Assembly (NCBI GenBank): GCA_965248355.1
Contig: OZ252098.1
Coordinates: 1,536,001-1,600,000, forward strand
Direction of reading: 5' to 3'
DNA length: 64,000 nt
From: Candidatus Latescibacterota bacterium
GTDB taxonomy: Bacteria > Latescibacterota > UBA2968 > UBA8231
In this document: positions 58,069 to 64,000 of the stretch, piece by piece
Position numbering within the stretch: position 1 is the first letter of the stretch
Layout: each line of letters begins with the position of its first letter
The notes under the pieces: generated by a model
Told to the model about the DNA's origin: nothing
The model's database searches: none
What the model saw: only the letters and a program-made list of their open reading frames with translations
Position numbers and translations under genes: made by a program

Positions 58069-59432
58069 CCGCGACCTCCCCCACCGCCGGAACCCGGCCC
58101 GAGCCGGCCACCACGCGCCTGGACCGGATGCTCACCGACACCGGCGTGGGCAGCGTCTTCGTCTCCAACTACCCGCCCTACTCCTTCTGGCGCGCCGACC
58201 AGGTCCCCGCCGCCGAGGCGGTGCTGCAGTCCCCCGCCGGCAGCAGCCCCCCGGACCTCGGGCTCTACCTGCACATCCCCTTCTGCCGGAAGCGCTGCAA
58301 GTTCTGCTACTTCCGCGTCTACGTGGACCGCAACGCCGGCGAGATCCGGCGCTACCTCGACGCCCTCGGCCGCGAGATCGAGACCTATTCCCGGCGCCCC
58401 CGGATCGCCGGCCGGGCCCTGAGGTTCGTCTATTTCGGCGGCGGCACCCCCTCCTACATCAGCGCCCGGGACCTGCGCTCCCTGGCCGCCCGCGCCCAGG
58501 CGGCCATGTCCTGGGGCGAGGCCGACGAGATCGCCTTCGAGTGCGAGCCGGGCACCCTGACCGAGGCCAAGGTGGCCGCCATCGCCGACATCGGCGTCAC
58601 CCGCCTGAGCCTGGGCGTGGAGCACCTGAACGACGACGTCCTGCGGGAGAACGGCCGCGCCCACATCAGCCGCGAGGTCTACCGGTCGATGCCCTGGATC
58701 CGGGCCGCCGGCTTCCGCCAGGTCAACGTCGACCTCATGGCCGGCCTGGTCTCCGACAACTGGGAGAGCTGGCGCGACACGGTAACCCGCGCCATCGACC
58801 TCGACGCCGACAGCGTCACCATCTACCAGATGGAGCTGCCATACAACACCCTCTACTCGAAGGCGATCTCCGACGGGCGGCGGCGGGAGCTGATCCTGGC
58901 CGACTGGCGCACGAAGCGGGACTGGCACGCCCATGCCATCGAGGCCCTGACCGCGGCCGGGTACGAGCAGACCAGCGCCTACACCCTGGTGCGCAGGGGC
59001 CGGCCCGCCGCCTTCGTCTACCGCGACGCCCTGTGGCGGGGCAGCGACATGATCGGCGCCGGCGTCTCCTCCATCTCCCACGTGGGCGGCGTGCACTTCC
59101 AGAACGCGGACTCGTGGGAGGAATACCTGACCGCCCTCGACCAGGACCGGCTGCCCATCGGCCGCGCCCTGCCCACCACCCCGGATCAGCGGCTGGTGCG
59201 GGAGATGATCCTGCAGCTCAAGCTCGGCCGTATCCGCCCGTCCGGCTTTCGGGACAAGTTCGGAGTCGACGTGCTCTCCGAGTTCGGCTCGGCCTGGGAG
59301 AACCTGCAGGCGGAGGGCATGCTCACCGCCGGCCCCGGGGAGGTGCGGCTCACTCCCGACGGGCTGTTGCGCGTCGACCAGCTTCTGCCCCTGTTCTACG
59401 CCCCCGAGTTCCAGAACGCCCGCTACACCTGA
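58065..59432 (+). CDS. HemN-like (class C) radical SAM enzyme
   Basis: ATGA overlap; NYPP, YLHIPFCRKRCKFC (CxxxCxxC), YFGGGTPS, RLSLGV, NVDLM. Confidence 0.9.
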   Translation: MTATSPTAGTRPEPATTRLDRMLTDTGVGSVFVSNYPPYSFWRADQVPAAEAVLQSPAGSSPPDLGLYLHIPFCRKRCKFCYFRVYVDRNAGEIRRYLDALGREIETYSRRPRIAGRALRFVYFGGGTPSYISARDLRSLAARAQAAMSWGEADEIAFECEPGTLTEAKVAAIADIGVTRLSLGVEHLNDDVLRENGRAHISREVYRSMPWIRAAGFRQVNVDLMAGLVSDNWESWRDTVTRAIDLDADSVTIYQMELPYNTLYSKAISDGRRRELILADWRTKRDWHAHAIEALTAAGYEQTSAYTLVRRGRPAAFVYRDALWRGSDMIGAGVSSISHVGGVHFQNADSWEEYLTALDQDRLPIGRALPTTPDQRLVREMILQLKLGRIRPSGFRDKFGVDVLSEFGSAWENLQAEGMLTAGPGEVRLTPDGLLRVDQLLPLFYAPEFQNARYT

Positions 59433-59446
59433 AGGAGTCACCCACC

Positions 59447-60706
59447 GTGAACCGACCTGCCGCTTTCCGGCCCCGACAGCTCCTCTGGACCGTGGCCATG
59501 ACGGGGCTCGCCGCGGCGGCCCCCGCCCCCGCCGAGAATCCGGCCCCGGCCGCCGACTGGCCCCAGTTCCTCGGTCCCCACCGCAGCGGCGCCGTCGAGG
59601 ACAGCGTCGCCGTGTGGCCGGCGGAGGGCCCCGCCGTCCTCTGGCGGCGGCCGGCCGGCGACGGGTTCTCCGGCATCGCCGTGGCCGGAGGCCGCGCCTA
59701 CACCCTGTGGGCGGAGGACCGGCGGGAGTACCTGTTCTGCCTGGACGCCGCCGACGGCCGCGAGTTGTGGCGCCTCGACACGGGGGGCAAGTATTTCGAG
59801 CCCCAGGGCGGCAACGGTCCCCGCAGCACCCCCGCCGTGGCCGGCGACCACGTCTACGCCCTCGGGGCCACGGGGCGGCTGGTGGCGGTGCGCGCCTCCA
59901 CGGGGGAGTTGCTCTGGAGCGCCGACCTGCCCACCCGCTTCGGCAGCGCCATGCCGCGCTGGGGGTTCTCCGGCTCCCCCCTGGTGGAGGGGGACCTGCT
60001 GCTGGTGGAGACCGCGGGCGGCTCCGACCGCGCCCTGAGCGCCTTGAACCGCTTCACCGGCGAGGTCGTCTGGAGCGCGCACAGCGACCCGGGTGGCTAC
60101 AGCTCCCCGGTGGCCGTCGACCTGGCGGGCCTGCGCCAGGCCGTGTTCTTCACACGCTCGGGGCTGGTGGCGGTGGCCCCGGCCGACGGCCGCCTGCTGT
60201 GGCGCCGGGAGTGGGAGACGCCCCACGGCGTCAACGCCGCGACCCCCCTGGTGATCCCCCCCGACGGCCTGTTCATCTCCAGCGGCTACGACAAGGGCGC
60301 CGCCCTTTTCCGCGTCAGCCGCGACGGCGAGGCCCTGAAGGCCGAGACCGCCTGGACCTCGCGCTTCATGAGCAATCAGATCAGCACCAGCGTCTACACC
60401 GGCGGCCATCTCTACGGCTTCGACGACACCATCCTCAAGTGCATCTCCGCGGAGACCGGCGCCGAGGCCTGGAAGGTCCGGGGCTACGGCATGGGCACCC
60501 TCATGCGGGCCGGGGAGATGCTGGTGGTGCTCTCCGACAGCGGCCTGCTGGCCCTGGTGCGGGCCGACCCGGAGGCCCACCAGGAGCTGGCCCGGGCCCA
60601 GGTGCTCGAGGGCAGCCGCTGCTGGACCGCGCCGGCCCTGGCCGGGGGACGGCTGTTCCTGCGCGACGACCGCGAGATCGTCTGCGTCGACCTGACCCCG
60701 GGCTGA
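59447..60706 (+). CDS. Secreted PQQ-like beta-propeller protein
   Basis: AAGGAG RBS and GTG 59447; signal peptide, DWPQFLGP, GPRSTP, YSSP, WTAPALAGGRLFLRD. Confidence 0.88.
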   Translation: MNRPAAFRPRQLLWTVAMTGLAAAAPAPAENPAPAADWPQFLGPHRSGAVEDSVAVWPAEGPAVLWRRPAGDGFSGIAVAGGRAYTLWAEDRREYLFCLDAADGRELWRLDTGGKYFEPQGGNGPRSTPAVAGDHVYALGATGRLVAVRASTGELLWSADLPTRFGSAMPRWGFSGSPLVEGDLLLVETAGGSDRALSALNRFTGEVVWSAHSDPGGYSSPVAVDLAGLRQAVFFTRSGLVAVAPADGRLLWRREWETPHGVNAATPLVIPPDGLFISSGYDKGAALFRVSRDGEALKAETAWTSRFMSNQISTSVYTGGHLYGFDDTILKCISAETGAEAWKVRGYGMGTLMRAGEMLVVLSDSGLLALVRADPEAHQELARAQVLEGSRCWTAPALAGGRLFLRDDREIVCVDLTPG

Positions 60707-60710
60707 GGTC

Positions 60711-61967
60711 TTGACCGACCCCCTGCCGCGGCTCCAGCACCTGCTCGCCGAGGTGCTGGAAGGCAATCCCTTCTACGGCCCGCGGCTGCGCGCCGCGGGG
60801 GTGCGCTCCCCCGGCGACGTGTCGAGCCTGGCCGACTACGGGCGCCTGCCCTTCACCACCAAGCAGGAGCTGTCCGTCGACCAGGCCGCCCACCCGCCGT
60901 ACGGCACCAACCTCACCTACCCCCTCGACCGTTACGTGCGCCTGCACCAGACCTCCGGCACCACCGGCCAACGGCTGCGCTGGCTCGACACGCAGGCCGG
61001 CTGGGACTGGTTCACGGGGTGCTGGATGGAGGTCTACCGCGGGGCCGGCGTGCGGGCCTCGGACCGCCTGTTCTTCGCCTTCTCCTTCGCCCCCTTCATC
61101 GGCTTCTGGAGCGCCTTCGACGCCGCCGCCCGCATGGGTTTCATGGTCATTCCCGGCGGCGGCATGTCCTCGGTGCAGCGCCTGGAGGCCCTGCGCGCCA
61201 ACGACGCCACCGTGCTCGTGTGCACGCCCACCTACGCCCTGCACCTGGCCCAAGTGGCCCGAGACCAGGGCCTGGACCTTGCCGCCACGGCGGTGCGCAC
61301 CACCATCCACGCCGGCGAGCCGGGGGCCTCGCTGCCGGCCACCCGGGCGCGCATCGAGCAGGCCTGGGGGGCGCGCTGCTTCGATCACGCCGGCGCCACC
61401 GAGGTCGGCGCCTGGGGCTTCGAATGCGGCCAGCAGGACGGGCTGCACCTGAACGAGGAGGAATTCCTCTGCGAGATCCTCGAGCCGGGCACGGACCGCC
61501 CCGCCCACGAGGGCGAGCTGGTGATCACCAACCTCGGCCGCACCGGCTCCCCCGTGATCCGCTACCGGACCGGCGACCGGGTGCGCTGGCACGAGTCCGG
61601 ATCCTGCCCATGCGGGCGGACCTGGAGGCGCCTCGCCGGCGGCGTCATCGGCCGCCTCGACGACGCCCTGGTGGTGCGCGGCGTCAACCTCTACCCGAGC
61701 GCCATCGAGAACGTGGTGAGGGGCTTCCCCGAGGTGGAGGAATTCGCCGTCCACGTGCGCCGCCCCGGGGACCTGGACGAGCTGGAGATCGAGGTCGAGG
61801 TCGGCGCCGGACGGCGGGGACCGGCCGAGGTGGTGGAGGCCCTGACGGCGGCGGCGCACCGCGAGCTGGCGGTCCGCCCGAGGTTAAGCGCCGTGGCCCC
61901 GGGAAGCCTGCCCCGCTTCGAGCTGAAGGCGCGGCGCGTCACCGACCACCGGGAGCCGGCCTCGTGA
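60711..61967 (+). CDS. Phenylacetate-CoA ligase (PaaK)-family adenylating enzyme
   Basis: LPFTTKQEL, TSGTTG, TPTYA, AGEPG, GATE, RYRTGD, GRLDD..VRGVN.YP. Confidence 0.9.
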   Translation: MTDPLPRLQHLLAEVLEGNPFYGPRLRAAGVRSPGDVSSLADYGRLPFTTKQELSVDQAAHPPYGTNLTYPLDRYVRLHQTSGTTGQRLRWLDTQAGWDWFTGCWMEVYRGAGVRASDRLFFAFSFAPFIGFWSAFDAAARMGFMVIPGGGMSSVQRLEALRANDATVLVCTPTYALHLAQVARDQGLDLAATAVRTTIHAGEPGASLPATRARIEQAWGARCFDHAGATEVGAWGFECGQQDGLHLNEEEFLCEILEPGTDRPAHEGELVITNLGRTGSPVIRYRTGDRVRWHESGSCPCGRTWRRLAGGVIGRLDDALVVRGVNLYPSAIENVVRGFPEVEEFAVHVRRPGDLDELEIEVEVGAGRRGPAEVVEALTAAAHRELAVRPRLSAVAPGSLPRFELKARRVTDHREPAS

Positions 61968-63208
61968 AGGACCGCTACGATGTCGTCGTCGCCGGCGGCG
62001 GTCCGGCGGGAGCCACGGTGGCCGCCCTGGTGGCCGAGGGCGGGTACCGGGTCCTGCTCCTGGAGCGGGAGCCCACGCCCCCCTTCAAGGTCGGCGAGTC
62101 CCTCATGCCGGCGACCTGGTGGACCTTCCGGCGCCTGGGCCTGCTGGAGCGGCTCCAGGCCAGCGCCTTCCCGAGAAAGCACAGCGTCCAGTTCTTCGGG
62201 GGCTCGGGCCGCGCTTCGGCGCCGTTCTACTTCTCCGAGTTCGACTCCGGCGAGAGCGCCGTGACCTGGCAGGTCCTGCGTAGCGACTTCGACGCCATGA
62301 TGCTGGACAACGCCGGCGCCAAAGGCGCCGAGATCGTTCAGGGCGCCACGGTTCTCGACGTCCGCTTCGAGGGCGACAAGGCCGCGGGCGTACGCGTCCG
62401 CGAGCCCGGCGGGGCCGTGCGAGAGATCGACGCCGCCGTCACCGTCGACGCCACCGGCCAGAGCGCCCTGCTGGCGCGCCGGCTCAAGCTGGCCGAGACC
62501 GAGCCCAATCTGCGGAAGGCCTCCCTCTACACCCACTACAGCGGAGGCTTGCGCGACGATGGCGTCGACGAGGGCGCCACCCTGATCCTGCACACGCGGG
62601 ATAAGGATTCCTGGTTCTGGTACATCCCCCTGCCCGACGACCGCGTCAGCGTCGGCGTCGTGGGCGACCGCGACTACCTGCTGCGCCGCGCCGGGAGGCC
62701 GTCGCCGCAGCGCGTCTTCGAGGAGGAGCTGGCCGCCTGCCCCGCCCTGGGGGAACGCCTCGCCCCGTCCCGGCAGGTGCTGCCCATGAAGGTCACCCGC
62801 GACTTCTCCTACCGCGCCCGGCGCATCGCCGGCGACGGCTGGGTGCTGGTGGGCGACGCCTTCGGCTTCCTCGACCCCATCTACTCCTCCGGAGTGCTGC
62901 TCGCCCTGAAGTCCGGCGAGATGGCCGCCGACGCCATCGTCTCGGCGTTGGCCGACGGCGAGCCCACGGCGGAGCGTCTGGGCGCCTTCGGACCCGACTT
63001 CACCCGCGGCATGGAGGCGGTACGCAAGCTGGTCTACGCCTTCTACACGAAGGAGTTCAGCTTCGCCGAGTTCCTCCAGGCCCATCCCCACTGCAAGCGG
63101 GGCCTGGTGGACATCCTCAGCGGCAACCTCTACGACGAGAGGGTCCACGAGATCTTCGAGCCCATGGCCGGCGTCTGCCCGCTGCCGGAGGAGATGTTGT
63201 TGGGGTGA
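61964..63208 (+). CDS. Flavin-dependent halogenase-like NAD(P)/FAD oxidoreductase
   Basis: GTGA overlap; GGGPAG, VGESL, FPRK (Lys at the halogenase position), DATG, WFWYIP (WxWxIP), GDAFGFLDPIYSSG. Confidence 0.82.
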   Translation: MKDRYDVVVAGGGPAGATVAALVAEGGYRVLLLEREPTPPFKVGESLMPATWWTFRRLGLLERLQASAFPRKHSVQFFGGSGRASAPFYFSEFDSGESAVTWQVLRSDFDAMMLDNAGAKGAEIVQGATVLDVRFEGDKAAGVRVREPGGAVREIDAAVTVDATGQSALLARRLKLAETEPNLRKASLYTHYSGGLRDDGVDEGATLILHTRDKDSWFWYIPLPDDRVSVGVVGDRDYLLRRAGRPSPQRVFEEELAACPALGERLAPSRQVLPMKVTRDFSYRARRIAGDGWVLVGDAFGFLDPIYSSGVLLALKSGEMAADAIVSALADGEPTAERLGAFGPDFTRGMEAVRKLVYAFYTKEFSFAEFLQAHPHCKRGLVDILSGNLYDERVHEIFEPMAGVCPLPEEMLLG

Positions 63209-63236
63209 GGGGCGGGAAGAGGAGGACCGGCTCTCG

Positions 63237-63264
63237 TTGACAAACTCAACACATCTGGTATTTT
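63237..63264 (+). promoter_or_regulatory. Sigma70-type promoter candidate upstream of the thsA-like gene
   Basis: TTGACA-16 nt-TATTTT with TG extension, at the start of an AT-rich segment. Confidence 0.55.
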
Positions 63265-63315
63265 ACTCACGCTCATCCCACTACGCGAACCCAATTTCAG
63301 AGAGAGAGCTATAGG

Positions 63316-64000
63316 TTGAGGGGTGCTACTCTTGGCATAGCGAAACATCCGGGGAGATCATTGGGCCACTTCATCTGTGCATTTGGCGTGCTCTGGACAC
63401 TCATTGAGGGACTAACCCATTTTCTGCCAACACTCGACATTCGAGGGGCGCTTTCCCTCCTCATTGTAATCGCCATTGGTGTGATCTACTCAGCGTATAG
63501 GATGCATCGTCCGTCCTCGGTCATTTTCGGCATTGCCCACACAAACACCAAGATCCAGATTTCCTTTGGGGATCTTTTCTGTGAGGAAGGAGTAAGGTGC
63601 ATTCCAGTCAATGAGTTCTTCGACAGTGAGCTCGGGCTTCCGGTCTCACAGGATAGTCTTCATGGGATTTTTCTGTCCCGGTGCTTCGGAGGGCATTCTC
63701 CCGCATTCGACGAGGTCATCTGTGATGAACTTGCGGATACCACATCCGAGCTGATAGAGAGAGATCAAGGGAAGAGGGTGAGATATCCCATTGGTGCGAC
63801 CGCTATCGTGCCAAGCAATTCAGATCGCTATCTGTGCTTCGCTCTTTCCCGCACCGATACTGCAACTCTCAAAGCGGAAGCAGATGTCCCGACGCTGTGG
63901 CGGGCACTCGAGGGGCTCTACTCCAAGGCTCGGACTTCCCTTGGGGGATCCCCTCTCGTTCTGCCTCTTGTCGGAAGCGGCCTATCAGCCGTAGACCTTC
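63316..64000 (+). CDS. thsA: Type II Thoeris ThsA-like effector (2 TM helices + Macro/DUF6430), runs off window end
   Basis: Not in ORF track. Manual translation from TTG 63316 gives two hydrophobic helices, then ISFGDLF..IPVNEFFDS..SLHGIF..YPIGAT..LPLVGSGLS. Confidence 0.75.
   Translation, partial: MRGATLGIAKHPGRSLGHFICAFGVLWTLIEGLTHFLPTLDIRGALSLLIVIAIGVIYSAYRMHRPSSVIFGIAHTNTKIQISFGDLFCEEGVRCIPVNEFFDSELGLPVSQDSLHGIFLSRCFGGHSPAFDEVICDELADTTSELIERDQGKRVRYPIGATAIVPSNSDRYLCFALSRTDTATLKAEADVPTLWRALEGLYSKARTSLGGSPLVLPLVGSGLSAVDL

Noticed and set aside
58065..59432. Housekeeping hemN/hemW
   Set aside because: No heme genes nearby and it is embedded among tailoring enzymes; only the family-level call is supportable.
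8..63994. Many long antisense or alternate-frame ORFs (e.g. 18313..22956 +, 51434..53827 -, 14954..16885 +, 35279..37591 +)
   Set aside because: Shadow ORFs expected at high GC: low-complexity Arg/Pro/Gly/Ala-rich translations overlapping genes with clear family motifs.

Overview
High-GC bacterial window. UBact, FlgD/T9SS-like C-terminal domains and a DUF6785-like permease suggest an FCB-group lineage such as Ca. Latescibacterota/Handelsmanbacteria; this is an inference. Left to right: (1) a UBact-proteasome operon (lepB-arc-dop-ubact-prcB-prcA-pafA, minus strand) with an apparently leaderless lepB as first gene. (2) A partly decayed catabolic region: transglutaminase-like and enolase-family frameshifted genes, a 7-repeat FDGRY propeller inserted in a LamG fold, creatininase, sugar isomerase, tandem PhyH, Gfo/Idh/MocA, Ldh_2 and NAGPA. 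(3) A dnaE2-imuB mutagenesis cassette with a palindromic operator candidate over its -10 box. (4) An orphan biosynthetic-type cluster with five secreted PQQ-like propellers, an EhpF/LuxE-like ligase, an ALDH/LuxC-like reductase, Fe-ADH, a HemN-like radical SAM enzyme, a PaaK-like ligase and a flavin halogenase-like enzyme. This cluster appears split in two by (5) a ~25 kb lower-GC insert that carries an 18 kb, 8-gene envelope operon: two CTD-bearing secreted proteins, three paralogous ~900-1030 aa Ca-motif outer-membrane-like proteins, a giant TPR protein, an anchored DUF4159 protein and ExbB/TolQ without ExbD. (6) The start of a type II Thoeris ThsA-like (TM-Macro) gene at the right edge. No rRNA, tRNA, CRISPR array, transposase or integrase was recognised. 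All family calls are by-eye motif recognition; no database searches were run.
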